From: Dimorphilus gyrociliatus
Lineage: Eukaryota > Animalia > Annelida
DNA: 64,000 nucleotides
Direction: 5' to 3'
NCBI GenBank assembly: GCA_904063045.1
Contig: CAJFCJ010000020.1
Coordinates: 1,480,916 to 1,544,915, forward strand
The position numbers were made by a program, and so were the translations under genes. The notes beneath the pieces are model-generated. The model made no database searches and was not told the origin of the DNA. It saw only the letters and a list, made by a program, of their open reading frames with translations. This document shows positions 47,219-61,700 of the stretch, one piece after another. Positions within the stretch are counted from its first letter, which is position 1; every line of letters starts with the position of its first letter.

Positions 47219-48473
47219 GTTTGGTTTCTATGGTTTTTTATTTGTTGGAGGTATCTCTATACGTCAATTATTTTAAACAAACGAAACTCCACACGATTTT
47301 AATTAAATGGTATTCTGGGATAATTTATTATAATTTTATGCCTATCTTTCCTCGTATCAATATTATCATCCCGTATTAATTTCGTTCATAATCATTTCTA
47401 TATCTGTGCCTTAGGTTGTCACAGTGTTGTTTGTCATAATGTATACAATCTGCGTGCTTAAATATGGCTAGAGTGAAGAAGTGAATATAGTAGAGTGTTG
47501 TATATGGTCTAATTGTATTGTACTTATATTAATATATATAAATTGAATCGTTACATAGGTACTGAAGATATGCTAATACAGGTAATTTGTTATGCAGATT
47601 TGATGCAATATATTAATATATTAACCATGTTAGTAATACCACTTGTAAAAAAGTATGACTACTAAAGGTTGATTAAAGATTCGCTTAACATAGCCAATTT
47701 GCATGTTATAAATCAGACCCAGATTTGGTAACAATAAACAAAGATTATTATTAACATTCTTTATCAATAAACCTTGTTTCCCTTTTGTCTATAGAAAAGC
47801 TTAGATCTATTAATCAATTTACTCTTATAAACTGCTCTTCGTTGATAAAGTGATACATAGGCAGAAAGAAAAACTTCCATAAAGAAGCTTTAGTGTGAAA
47901 GTAACTTTAAATTTGCTAAATTGGGTCTTGTTTACTTACTTTTCCGGGTTGAGTCAGGTGAGTAATTTATAAAACAAATGTATTTATAAGCAAACCTTTT
48001 AGGTTAGGCGATCAACATTTGCAAATAACAATAAAGTGCTGTTTGAGAAGATGGAGGTGTTAGTTACCTGCACTTATAGGAGAAATAAATCTAGATAACA
48101 ATAAACAAATGTAATTTAATATATTCCTTAATTAAGAATAATTGAAGATAGTGTCTTGGTTTTAATAAATGGAAAATTATTATATTTATTGCAAAATAAG
48201 AAAAAAAAAACTAATCTAACTAGTCATAAAATGTTTCCAGTAGGTCCATCGTATTCATCTTCGTTGTCCAAATTAATACATTCATTTTATGAACAATATT
48301 TAATTAGAATTTTTTTCACTAATTTGAATATTATTGGTAAAAATATGATACTCTTTTTACGATATTGAACAGCTGTTTTCAAAATTGTCAATCTTTAACT
48401 TGATGCGAAGTAAGTCAACGACTTAAAAAAGATTATTACGTTGCAGTTCTAGGAAATGGAATTTTCGATTTGT

Positions 48474-49622
48474 TTAGGCATAGCTGTTTTCTTCCTTTGT
48501 TGCCCTCATATTCATAATTCGAAAATACATAGAAGGGTAGACAGCTCGTAAGATAATTGCTAGTCTGTGATGGAAGGGAGCCAGGATCACTTCTCTCTTT
48601 TCGTCTTTGACCATGCTTAGAATAACTTGAGCTACATACCGAGGGTGCATGCCCTTCGCAGTAGTCGCATCCATCACTGCAATGTGATACAGAATATATA
48701 TTTAATAGGAAAAAGAGCTCCAATATGTTAACGACCTGCATGCTTTTCGCCTGATGATGTGACAGAGTTTACAGATAAATTTGTTCGAATGTAGGCTGGA
48801 GCAATGACCGAAACTTGAATGCCTTTCGAAGATACTTCAGCTCTCAAGGAATCGCTGTACGCATGAAGGGCATGTTTGCTGGCCGCGTCTGCAACATTAA
48901 TTCTTTTAGCTCGAAAGTATAATTAGTTTTCACCGGCGTAAACTCACAAGCTGATCGATAGGGAATAGCAATTTTACCCTGAACCGAGCTAACATTCACG
49001 ATATGACCTGATTCTTTTTCTATCATGTGTTGAAGAACCGAGGTTGTTAACTCTACCGTTCCGAGAACATTAACTTTCAGCAGCTTGGAGAAGACTGAAA
49101 GCTCAGTCTCATGAGCAACTCCTCTATAGCTAACTCCAGCATTATTGATGAGGATATCAATGGTTGAAGTTTTTGAAATAATTCTTTGAACAATAGTATT
49201 TAAATATCCAGACTTTTCTAGATCTAATTCTTGAAGAATTATTCTTTTTGGATCAGCTGTGATCTGAAAAAAATTCTTTCGGCCAACAATAATAAAAATA
49301 GAGTTATACTACCTTTGGATTATCTAACAAAGACTGCCTCACACGTTCTAATTCAGCTTTCCTTCTAGCACAAAGAACAATCACTGCCCCATTCTCGTAA
49401 AATACCTTGGCACACTCTATAAATATTATGTATTTATTATTAACATATAATAAGCGGAATTAACTATTCTAAGCACTGACCTTCTCCTAACCCCGAGCTT
49501 GCACCTGTTATCAATACTACTTTATCCTTAACGCTTTTTACACTTTTTAATAATCGCCTTGATATCAAAAAAAGAGCAACCGGGATACAGGCTATCACTA
49601 AGGTTCCAATGTACAATTCCAT
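48474..49622 (-). CDS. DHRS7B: Short-chain dehydrogenase/reductase 7B-like
   Basis: N-terminal TM anchor, VVLITGASSGLG, LINNAG, IVNVSSVQGKIAIPYRSA/YAASKHA (YxxxK), YIRTNLSVN, MDATTAKGM. Confidence 0.9.
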
Positions 49623-50421
49623 TAAAATTTTTCAGACCAAGTCAAACTGTCAGACAAATCTCTTACTTAGTTTTTCCCATGATATAATAAACAAGTAATA
49701 CATCTTTTACACTATATACATTGAAAGAATAATCATATTTTCTATAGTTGCTAGTAATTTCGCATAAAAGAATATTGAGCGATAATACCATGAAAAATCA
49801 GTTTTAGATATTTTTATCACAATAGATATATAGGAACTATATTAACTTGAAAATTTTAATGCAAAAAAGCATACCTTATTTGTAATATGAACAATTAGTA
49901 GACTTATCTGGCTTTATTCTAGAAAGATATGGCTAAAATGTAAGGAGCTCTTCAAACGTGCAGTCAATCTTATGAACTAAACCAGTTTGCAATATAGTTT
50001 CTATTCTTCCGCATTTATATATTACATTGAAAAAATATTCTGAATAAATTAATTAATTCGGCCAATAATAATTCACTATCTCTTCTGTTACTTTAAATAA
50101 GAAATATACTGAAAAATGCTGAAGAAAACTTTTAAAACATTCTTTCTAGTTATTTTATTAAAGATTTGCATTTTCATATTAAAAGAGATAAAAAATAATA
50201 TTTCTGTCCTTTTCCTCCTTTTTCTAATTAGTTTTGATGTGTCAGAGACTCAGAGAAAAAAAACATTTAAAATTTAATGTTTTATATTGTTAAACCTAAA
50301 ATAATTGAAAATATGTACATTATTGCAGTTATTTATTTTTCAACACTGCAATAAGAGATAAAATCGTTCAAAAATAAAAACAAACAATTGGCACGTGATT
50401 ATATCAATTGGCAACTTCTTT

Positions 50422-51877
50422 TCACCTTTCACTTTCTTCAGCTTTTACACTCTCTTCCCTTTCTTCTGATCTTTCAGTTGAATTCGGCTCGTTGTCGGGT
50501 TTTTGTTCTTCTGTTGGTTCTTTTTGAGGATATGGACTAGGCGGTCCCTGATTTTCTCCTAAAACGGGAGGTTCATGATCCTCCTTTCTTGTAGCTCCTG
50601 TAAGTTCCTTTGTAGGGCTTTCGGGGGCAGGAGTCTCACCTAAAGTTTCGGGGTCCTCATCCTCCTTTCTTGTAGCTCCTGTCAATTCCTTTGTAGGGCT
50701 TTCGGGGGCAGGAGTCTCGCCTAAAGTTTCGGGGTTATCATCCTCCTTTCTTGTAGCTCCTGTTAATTCCTTTGTAGGGCTTTCGGGGGCAGCAGTCTCA
50801 CCTAAAGCTTCGGGGTTATCATCTGCTTTTCTTGTAAAACTTGTCGACTCTTTTTCAGGTTTTTCAGGTTCTTCAGTACTTTCATTTTGCTTTGCACCAT
50901 CTTTCGTATTCATTTCTTGGTTTTCGGCTTCTGTTGGTTCTTTGTCTGGACTTGGTGGTCCTCTATTTCCTCCTAAAGTATCTGGTCCGTGTTCGGATGT
51001 TGTTGTTTGCTCTTTTGTTGGATTTTTTTCACTTTCAGTATCTCTTGCAGATGATTTTGGTTCAGATGTCATATCATCTTTGTTTTCATTTTGGGCTGCA
51101 TCTTCATCCGCTTCGCTAAATATGGTTGGGGTCGGGACTTTTGTAGAACCCTCTGGAGAAGGATTTATTGGACGTCCTTGACTGAGTTTTCGATTGGCAG
51201 GTGGTTGTTTTTGTTCTTTTGCTTCAGGTTCAGTCTCCGTTTCTGTGGCCAATTCAGATTGTTTCTCATTCTCTTTATCGTCTTCTTTCTTCTCTTCTTC
51301 TTCTGTTTTATTTTCCTCAATATCCTCAGAGGAATCTGTTTCGTATTCACTGGAACTTTGCTCTTCTGGCTCTTTTTTCTCTGTTTGCTGATCTTCAGTA
51401 GTTGGTTTTTTTTCAGTTTCCTCTTCAGTTTCCTCCTCAGTTTCCTCCTCAGTTTCCTCTTCCTCTTCCGATTCTGTCTCTGTTTCCTCTTCCTCTTCTT
51501 CTTTTTTCTTTTCTGTTTCTACCGGTTTCGAGTTTTTATTTTCTTCCTCTGACTCAGTCTCTTCCGATTCAGTTACTTCTTCTGATGATGTCTCTTTTTC
51601 CCCTGCCTCCGAAGTCCGCTTTTCTGCCCCACTTACTTCTTTCTGATCTTGGTCGCCACCAGTATCTGACATTTGTTCTGGAGGAGTCGAATTTTTAGGC
51701 CAAGGTTTAACTGGAGATGAAGTTGTTCCTCTGTCCTCATCTGCGTCATCTTCGTTACCCGAGCGTGGGGTTAAAGCTCTACCCCTTTGTATTTGTAGGT
51801 GAAGCGGAAGAGGTGAAGCTTTTGGCGTTATAGGTTTATAAGAAAGTTGCGATTTCGATTGATCGGTAGCTTGTGAT
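50422..51877 (-). CDS. Large acidic, Pro/Thr-rich low-complexity exon (about 484 aa); probable alternative last exon of the dynein-like gene
   Basis: About 1.45 kb stop-free with Glu/Thr-rich composition and no ATG near its 5' end. It is preceded by a pyrimidine-rich acceptor (TTTCTTTTTAG) whose phase matches the dynein donor at 52755. Confidence 0.65.
50578..50836 (-). repeat. 81-bp coding tandem repeat, about 3.2 copies (KEDDNPETLGETPAPESPTKELTGATR)
   Basis: CTCCTTTCTT recurs at 50581, 50662 and 50743, exactly 81 nt apart, with a partial copy at 50824. Confidence 0.95.
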
Positions 51878-52736
51878 CTAAAAAGAAATTTATAAATGAA
51901 AAGGAATGCTACAGACAAAGGAAAAAGTATGTCTTAGCAAATTAAAAAAAAACAATGCTGTAGCTACTGTACGGACAATCGGATTTTGGGATGCTAGTGT
52001 TTTGTCAAACTTTGATTTAATGCCAAAAATTTTGATTTCATTCGACTGTTCTACAGTGAGCAGGCGATAAGATTATTGCACTTTTACAATCTGAAACTCT
52101 TATAACGTTTAACAAATTCATAGATAGAGGATATTTATAGTGCAATAATTTTATCAAAAAATAAACTAATAGGTATAGTTTGTATAAAAATGCCATTACA
52201 TATATTTAAATATTCTTAAGTACAGAATAGATAAATACATATCTTGATTTGCATATTTTGTCTATTGATTGTTACGTAATATGTACCAAAAAACAAAGCT
52301 AAAGCATCCTATAATCTAGATATTTGAAGGTAATCATAGTGAAAAGCTAATTAAGCATGCGTAAAAAAAACAATTGAAACAATCAGGCTTATCTATTCTT
52401 GGATACCTTAATGATCAGCATCATTAAGCTCACTAGCCTCGGCGACACTGAAAGATCGACAGAAATCTATCGCATAATCTAAACACTTTAACGTACTTTG
52501 ATCCAATAAAAAAAATATTTATCCATTTTTTTTTTTGGAACAACATTTAGAAAATCCATAGAAAATATGATAATTTTTTTAATCTTTAATAATTAGATAA
52601 TTAATTAATATGTCAAAAGAATATTTATCTGTAACTATATATACATGTACAGTATATATAGTATATAAATTTATATTTATATATATTAATTTCTATGGAT
52701 CTATTTAAGTAAAAATAAATTTAGGGAAATGATTAA

Positions 52737-55700
52737 TTAACTAGCTTTAAAATACCTATGAGTATCCTCGCTTTCATTTTTAATAAATGGAGGATGCTGT
52801 GCTGTGGATTTGGCTGACTTTGGTCCTAGTACTTGTTGTATTGTTCTAGAACTCTTTGTAAAGCAGTAAGCCGATCTTGAATAGGATATTTCTTCAAAAG
52901 ATGTTCCAACATCAAGAATTACAGCCGCACCAACCGCAATAGCGTCCAGCGATTCGTCAGATTTGACAAAGGCGTTAAAGGATATTTGTTGCCTTGATTC
53001 GTTTACGAATACTGGTACACGAATCCATTCCTTGTTTACGTCGTTTGTTGCTTTTAGATATACTTCAGGAAGAGGATTGATATCTTTTTCCTGACAAATT
53101 TCAACTTTTCCATTATTCCATTGACATCCTTGAAGTTGGAGGCCGTTTACAAGTATTCCTATATCATCTTCTTCTAATTCTTGAACGAAGCATACATCAA
53201 CTTCATCTATTTGACACTTAGACAATACAGCCTTCTCAAGTTTCATGGCTGATATAAAAGCTCGACAGTCATTTAACAAACTTAAATCAATTTTGTTTAA
53301 TTTTGATAAAGCGTCATCGAGGTCTTCCTTGACAATGCCTCGCTTTAACCAACTACTTAATTGGTTATATTTTCTATTTAGCTTATGTTGCCATGATTCC
53401 ATTATATGATTTGATGGATAGTTTCCAATCCATTTCTGTGGAACTTGATTATAAACTAATTGTTGAACAACTGATTGGAGGTATTTAGGCATTCCTTCAA
53501 TTCCTCCAACTAATTCTCGTTCAATTGTAAACAGATCTTCTCGAATTATCATCATTGACGAATTATAATCTAAGCATTCTTTTAATAGAACATGAGCAAG
53601 ACTTTGTGGAAGATTGTCCGAATCCTCAGAAGTTGCCATACTGATAATGCTCTGTCTATGATAGGGGAATGATAATTGAATGTTCTTTAAATTTTCCGGA
53701 GTTGATTCTAATTCTAGCAGGAGTGGAAGCCGATCTGAAATAAGATCCAAAGATGATCTAAGCTTTAGTACATCAACGTTTTCCTCTTCGGGAACTAAAT
53801 CAAGCTCAGTTGTGTTTAGTTTAACCATTTTGTCAAATTTATTCAATAATTTCCTTCCGTTTGCATCATCTACGGAACGTTCGACGTCCGGATGAATAAA
53901 AAGAGCTTGACAAGTGTTTACTTCTATTGTATTTTCTGTCAAAAATATAGTCCATTCACTTGGATCCATGCTAGGGTTTGGAACGGGGAGTTCAGCTCCA
54001 TTCAAGCTTATTTTCTCCTTTTGTTCAACTAAAGTTTGTGCGAGAATTGTTCTGCCTATGTGATTTATTAGTTGAGCATCCTCATACAGCACATTTGCAT
54101 ATACTCCATCAACTACTCTACTACAAACATCATCCAATTCTGGGGGTGATCCTTCTTCCCTTCCATCACTGGAAGCAAGCGACTCAAGAGCATGACTGAG
54201 AACGTTAGAACTCAAAGGGTATTGGAGAGTTAGAGTTCGCTGACCAAAGTAGCGCCTACTCATAATGATTGAATGTAGTACACACAAACCGAAAGCCGCT
54301 AGTCTAACTGGAGGTTGTTTGGGCCTTATTTCATTCCATGATTCGTCAGGGACACTAGACAACGTCTCAATGAGATTGTCCAATAAAAGGTTATCAACGT
54401 TGGTAAATTGCAAAAAGTGTTTTTTATCTGCTTTACTAGGATCAAGCCTAACAAGAGCATCAGGTGCGAAAATGATGGAATTAGAAACAAATTCTGTTGG
54501 GAGATCGAAATCAGTGAGAGATGTATACCAAATACAGAAATTTGATTCTTTCTTTTTCTCTTCACCCAGAGTTTGATGGGTTCTTGCAATTCTTATCACA
54601 TGAGAATAAAGTTTACTAAAATAATTCATGGAAGCTACGTGAAGATCACATACGACACACCAGGCATTATCTCGTTCAGCTGCATCAATCGTATCAAACA
54701 CATCCTGAATGTTTCCATCAGATACTTTGATAGTTTTTAATTCAATACCCATAACTTCAGCTAATTTTTTCAATGTCACGTGAACATCGATATTCATATT
54801 TAATTCAGTTAAAATTAAATTACCACATAAACCTAGATCAATACTTGTAATGGCTTGAACAAGATCCCCTCCTAATACTCCTGAATCGTCCATATGCTCT
54901 TTAATATAACTAGTTAGGGCAACTGGCATTCTATCTGCTCTTAATAACCGTAATATCAAAAGTTTTCGCCACTCGTCCAACTCAATAGGAAATTGTTCTT
55001 CCGGTTTTTGTGCTTCATACCATGCTTTCCAATCTTCGTTTTCTGCAATTTTGGTACAGAAACTGTCAAGTGGCCCGGGGAGTACTGATAGAGCCATAAT
55101 ATCTTGCCACTTAGCATATGGTATGTATTCAGGTGTCTTGTCTGAACTATTGAAATCCGCTAATGTCAATTGTACATCTATTCCCGGATTTCCTTGACGG
55201 AGCAACGAAAATTCTTCCTCGCTTAGCTCCTTTTGCGAGTCATGCCGGACTAGTAGCATTAGCATTGATATCACTGCCAACCGATCTTCCTTAAGGACGC
55301 ATTGCTCCAGTTTACTGATAACATTACCTGTTAAAGTATCAATAGCTTGTTTTATGGCCTCTTCAGATACGGGTTCATAAGTAATTCCTTCAGTTGGTAA
55401 TTCTACTTCTGTTGGAAGTTCGAAAGAAGCCGTTTCCGATTTTCTTGGGGATTCTGGTGGTGCTGTCTCAGATGCTTCTTCTGCTGGCTTTTCTTCTTCT
55501 TCTACATCCGCTTTTGGATTTTCTTCCTCTTCTCCATTTTTAGAGCTTAATTCTTCGTGTGCAGGTGGGGGAGCCAAATTTGAATCTGAACTTGTTGCAA
55601 TCTCACTAATATCATCTAACATGCCAAATTCCGGAGGAAGATCAGTGCCTACTGAAGCATCAAACATTCTCAGAAAAAACGATAGAGTGAATCGATAGTT

Positions 55701-58700
55701 ATGGTTTATAGTCGACAAGGAACGAATAGCGTTGTACAGCAGCAAACTTCGTTGTGCTAATGGCGCTACTGAGATTTGTAAACTACTTAGTTTATCCAAA
55801 ACTTGTCGAATTTTTGCTTCTCTTTCAGCTAAAACTACTTTCTTTTCAGTAAGATCGGCAATAGATGAAACATCTGTTGGCTTGATTGTTTCTTTACCTA
55901 ACCTTTGTCGGAGTTCATTCATTAATTCTCTCATTGATAATCTGTTTTTATACAACTCAGAAAGTGCCTTCCTTCTCTCTCTGTATAACTCAGGCTTTAT
56001 TCTGGCCAATGCTCGTACGGTCAAATCATCCAATAAGGATTGTGAAGTGGGCACAAAGCTTACTGGGAGGGTAAGTGATGCTAGCGTCGGGCAGAGTTTA
56101 AACTGTTTTTCATGTGACGCCATAATTAATTTAAAAGTTGGTTTGGCTAACAATCGTCTCCCTAAGTGTTTAATAACTCTGGGCGAATCTTCTTCTAGTT
56201 TAGTGCTGTTAGAATGCAAAATAGAAGAATAGAGAACAGAGTCCAAGCTACCAGTTCTACAATTGTTAGCAATGAAGGTGTGACCTTTCAGAATGGATTT
56301 TTCAAGATTTTGCCCAACAGATGAATCTCCTCGATGAAACATATCAACAATAGTCATTGGCCTCTCGAATGTTTTCCTTACCAACCAACTAATATAAGTG
56401 ATTCCTTCATCAAAAGGGTCATTTAAAATTGGAGGTCTTTGCCAACTAGTAACAATAATAGCAGCATTTTCCATTAAGGATAGACTTAAATCGTGAGCTT
56501 GCCACTCATGAAGAATTCTCTCCCCGACCAGAAGCTTAACTATGCTATTAATATATTTGCTGTATTCTTCGTCATTCACCACATCAATTTGAATAGCATC
56601 GCGTAACATCTGACCTTCGTCTAATGTGCCTAGGCTTTCTGCCGTTTCATCGTCTTCGAATATATCCTCCTCTTCAGCAAGTCCTTCTTGCTCTTGACTT
56701 TCTTCATCTTGTTCATTTTCATTATGAATTTCTCTCTGAATTTCTTCAGCTTCTTCTTCTTCTTCTTCTTCTTCTTCCTCTTCCTCTTCTTCATCAATTC
56801 TAAGACCTTCTTTCTCTTCGTCATTTTCACTCTCCTCTATATCTTCATCATTATCAGCACCAAGTAAGACTCTCTCGTGCTCTGCAAGTTCATCCAATTC
56901 GTATTCTTCCCTTGGTGGTAGCTGTCCAATTCTCTCTTCATCTGTGCTACTCTCTTCAGTCACGATATCGATTCCTGAACCTCCAGGACCACATTTGAGA
57001 GCTTCAACGGACCAATCAACAACTCTTCCTTTCATCTCATCGATGGAATCTATCACTAATGGAATACCCCTTTCTCTTAAACATATTGGCCAATTTATAG
57101 TTAACATAGATCGTCTGAAAGAGTGGGAGTAGGGAGCTAAATAAGAAGCAAATGCTGAAGCAATACAGCATCCTCCGGTTACCGATGCTTTTCTTGCAAT
57201 AAAGGATTCAACAATTTGTTCAATCCTTCGCCTTTCTCGTTTTAGAACCTTTTTTAGTTCACCTGCGGTTTCCAGTGTAACGCCCATTCCAATTGTTTTA
57301 TTTTGTTGCTCATTTTTATCTACTGTAGATTCCTCAAAACCTTTTGCGAGATCTGTCAAACGTTTCTCTAGTTCTGACCTCTTCTTTTCGAGAGATTTCA
57401 TTTTTAATTGGGCTTCCTCAACAGCTGCAGCAGTTTTTTCAACTCGTTCATGAAGTGGTCGCACTCTTGATATCATAATTCTATGATATCTACAAACCCA
57501 GCTCACCCATTTGGCTAAAGAATAGCAAGCTTCGTTATTAGTTTTGGACCGAACAGCTTCAGGGTCTTGAGTAGGCCTCTTAAGGAAATCCTCAACCTGT
57601 ATTAGAGTCTCCTCCGGTAAGCTTCTTTCATCAAATGTTTGTAGCTCGTCCAAAAATCTGTCAAGGTTGGCCATAAGTCTCTTTGCACCTCTAGACCATG
57701 TTAAATCTGCCGATGGAGATTTTAAAAGGGTTATAATATTGGCTAATAAATCCTCAACTTCCGTTATAGGCTTATTTTGTGACCTGAGCTCTGAAAGTGA
57801 CTCCTTTGAGATGCTTTTAACTAGCTTTTTCGTATCGCTTACAATAGCTACAGCCTTATAAACAGCTCGTTCGTGAGCTACTTGGTATTCAGGTAAAAGT
57901 TTTTTCAGTCTATCCATCTTTCTTATCTGAGCTTTAACTATACGAACTTGTTGCTCAGTAATAGCTGTATCTTGTCCTATTTGAACGAGGAGCCTAATTG
58001 CTCCTGCATTTCTCTCTTGCAAAACATTCTTTTCATGATCCAATTGTTTCCTAATTAATTTTGCTGTAGAATTTTCAGCCTGAACCTGTCTCATAATATC
58101 TAATTGCATCATATGCTCTTTTTCGACACTTTCATGCCTTTCTTTGGCCATAGTTGTGTATCGTTCAACGAATCTTTCAAAAGTTAAATTAGTTAAATTT
58201 CCATGACTTCCTCGGGTTTTCTCAGCACCATCTTGCATTCTTATGCTTAAGTGCATATGTGCCAAAAGGTGAGCAATATTATCCCTTGACTTTTTATCTT
58301 CAAATTCACTCAAGGATTGTAACCAAGTACAAGCATGCTTTACCAAAAGCTTCTTGTTCCAATGAGAAAGCCAAGAGACCTGGAGAGATATTTGCATGTT
58401 ATTTTTAACGGAGAAAAACATTCATCTAAGAAATTCGAATACTTACGTTCATATGTTGTGCCATCAGACTAACATAGTTTGGGTTTATAGATTTCATATC
58501 ATCGAGTACAACACATATCCTAACATTCTTTTGCACAGTTTTCAAAAAATGCTGCCAGGCCACCTGATGGGTATAAGTCAAACCAGCTTGCGTAACGTCC
58601 GTTCTGACAGAATTAATAATTGTGGTCACATGTTCTTTATTAAATAAGTGAGACATTTCTCCATGAACGACTAGTTCGCAAACTAATACAATCATATCCT

Positions 58701-61700
58701 CATCTACTATATCATGCTGATTTAGGATAAGAACCAACTTTTCACCACGAACTCCAGCTCGAGTGTAGAAATCAACAAGATCATTTTTAAACGATTCAAG
58801 AGAATATTTACAAGAGTGAAGAACATTAGATGGCATTATGGTGGTTGTGTTGTAGCCAGCTAAATATGAAGCGAGTTCTATTAAACCATTGGTTCTACCA
58901 GCGCAGCCGTCAGCCAAGACTAGCATGTGCGAGTGTTCAACTGCCAATAATCTGGCCCATCTGCAAACGATTTCAATGGCAACTTTGTATAATCGAAGAG
59001 AAAGTCTTGGCTGATTTTTATTATATTCGTCAATAGCATGTTGGAGTAGATTTCTTACACGGCCAATTTTCTCTATTTTCTTGTAGTAATCTTTTCTAGT
59101 AGGTATTGAAGGTCCTGCCATAACGATTCCTGAATCATGTTCAACTATATTTGAAAATACTGCATTCTCTTCGGTTGTTAATATGCGTAAACTATGAGGA
59201 TCATCAAAATACTTTCTAACTCCAGTTGTCCAAGCCTCAACATAGCGTCCAACATCAACATCATTGATCATTCTCGAAGAATAGGCATTCCAACATTCAT
59301 GACGCCATAACAGTAAAACGTCCTCAAGTGGATCTCCCGACCTAACTGACAAACATACATTCCTGAAAACGTTTGCAAGGTGTCGTAAGTTCCAAATGTA
59401 GTGAATTCTTTCAGCCGTTGGCAAAAACATCTTCGATAGCTTATCTTGAAGTTCACAGCTGACTTTAATCATTTTTTCTATTGATGCTGATAATTTGTCC
59501 TGTTCATCTCTGTTTGCATAATGCTGTTCTTCCTCTAAATTTGGTTTACCGAGCTGAGTAAAGTGAGCATTCAGTAACGTCGAGAAAATGGTTTGTAGCT
59601 CATCTAATTCTGGTGTAGGTACATGTAGCACGGCAAAATGACGTAACAATCTTGGCGACAGGACTTCTCCGGGAGTTAAACAAGCAACATATAAAACGTT
59701 TTTAACATATCTCCAAATCAAATTAGAAGGTTCATAAAAACCTCCATCATCAATATGCTGTCTAATAAGTTCGGCAGCCGATCCAGTAGCATGCAGATCA
59801 TCAACAAATAACATAAGTCGTTTATTGGCCCTGGGAACGTAAGTCCTGCCATGTCGCCATTCAACTCTTTCAGCAAGACGATCGTTAAGAACTGTAGCGT
59901 TCGTTAAACTGTACGAAGGTGAAATAAAAAATAATAAAAATGAACGATTAATACAAATATACAAATAATAATAAACAATAATATTTAACTACTATAATAA
60001 TTTGCCAAATTGTCTAAATAAATAATCATAATTAATAGTTGTAATCAACAAACGTGGAGGGAAAGAAACAAATCGTGCAAAATGTTTAATAAAAATCTAA
60101 AAATAGGTGAGTGGAAGGGAAGGAATGAGGCAAAATTGTTTTGCTTTAATTGCTTTTGCTTATATTAATATAAACCTGTCGGTTCCGTAACCATATATAA
60201 GGTGTTCATATAAGGTTCTTGTTAATATTTCTGAATCGCTCAATCTGGTATAAAGTCATGTAAAAAAAATGCACACTAAAGAAAAGTTTTAGGTTAGATA
60301 GAGTGACTTCTTTTAAAAATAACAATTAATAAATTAATAATATTGTAAATAAATTAGAAAAATCAAAATAAATATTATCACAGCAAAAAAATTATTAAAT
60401 TTCGCTTCTTCTTCTTCCAAATGTTCGTCTTATCGTTTTCTTCTCTGGCTGTAGACCACTTCTTTTCTTTCAGGCTTTCATCGTTATAGTTAGGTTTATT
60501 TTACACACTTAAGGTTTTGACATTAATTAACAGAATTCTCTTTTGCATTATTTAAATTCAATAAGGCTTTTTCTTTTTAGTATATCAAATTAATGGTATT
60601 TTTACATGAGGTTATAAGAAAAGGTTGTCTTACTTACATGTTACAATTTATTGTTAAAGAGGAGAGTTCGGCTACTTCTCCAGAGCACGCTGTTCTTATT
60701 CTTTCATTTACTATTGAAGTTTTTCCGGCGCCATTTGCACCAGTTAGTAATACTGATTTGGATGCATCGCTGAATAAATTTAGTAGATGCAAGACCTGTG
60801 TTGTTCTAATACTTGGAACGAAGGAATCAAACGGGATACCTTCTTGATTCGGTCCACTATAAGCGGATATAAATTGTTTCCAGTGAACCCAATCTCTCGT
60901 TTCACCGTCTATTGTGTAATCAAAAATCGTATCTTCTTCTGGCATATCTGATAATGGAAACGTTTTTCTCCACCAGTAGGATAAAACCTTGCGATTTTCA
61001 ACTGTTCCTCCTACTGCCCAGATTAATGCCCAAATGAAGCATCTTTCAACTTCCGTGTCACTCATTTGACCTAGTCCTCCGAGAGGATTTGCAAGGGCAT
61101 CCAATAGGGTCGTAAAAGTATGAATTACGCCCAAAGTATTCAGGGTGACGCTGGTCTTGAGCCTTGGAACATCATCTGATATTCTCTTTCCTAACATCTC
61201 CGGTCGAGTACCCTCGCGAATGACTTCTAGAACTATAGGGAGGTAGATGTCGCATAGATTGTTCAAAATCCTTCTCTCCGCCCCATCTGAACGTCTATTT
61301 AACCAATTCGTTAGAGGTAAGCGCCATCCAATATCCTCATCACCAACCGATACAATACCTACATGAGCAAGTAGAGCTGGGGTAACAGATTCAAGAGATG
61401 TTGTCTCCCAGACAAAGCGTAAAGTATGAGGTGTTACTATTCTTTCATTATTAGCAAACACGACTGTAGAATCACTTTGAAGAACGTTTGTTATCAATTC
61501 AACTTGATTGGTTGTCATATCTCCGTCCAATTGTACAATTTCAATAGACGCTTCTTTCAAAAGGTCAACTTCTGAGGCTGGAGGTATTTGAGATGAAACT
61601 TTTCGCAATAAAGAGGCTAGTAGACCGTCTTTCCATATCCCTTTGTCAAAATATCCCAATAATTGTCTTGGGTCTGGTAAAGCTTTTGTAAAAACACTTT

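Noticed and set aside
48215-48290. Minus-strand coding-looking peptide NECINLDNEDEYDGPTGNIL*
   Set aside because: It is preceded directly by a stop with no acceptor AG, and probably lies in the DHRS7B 3'UTR.
50578-50836. Direct repeats that might suggest a CRISPR-like array
   Set aside because: The units are contiguous 81-bp coding repeats with no unique spacers, in a eukaryotic exon.
50841-51698. Several plus-strand Phe/Leu/Ser-rich ORFs
   Set aside because: They are antisense shadows of the Glu/Lys-rich minus-strand exon. The same applies to the small ORFs opposite the dynein, ankyrin and Acinus exons.
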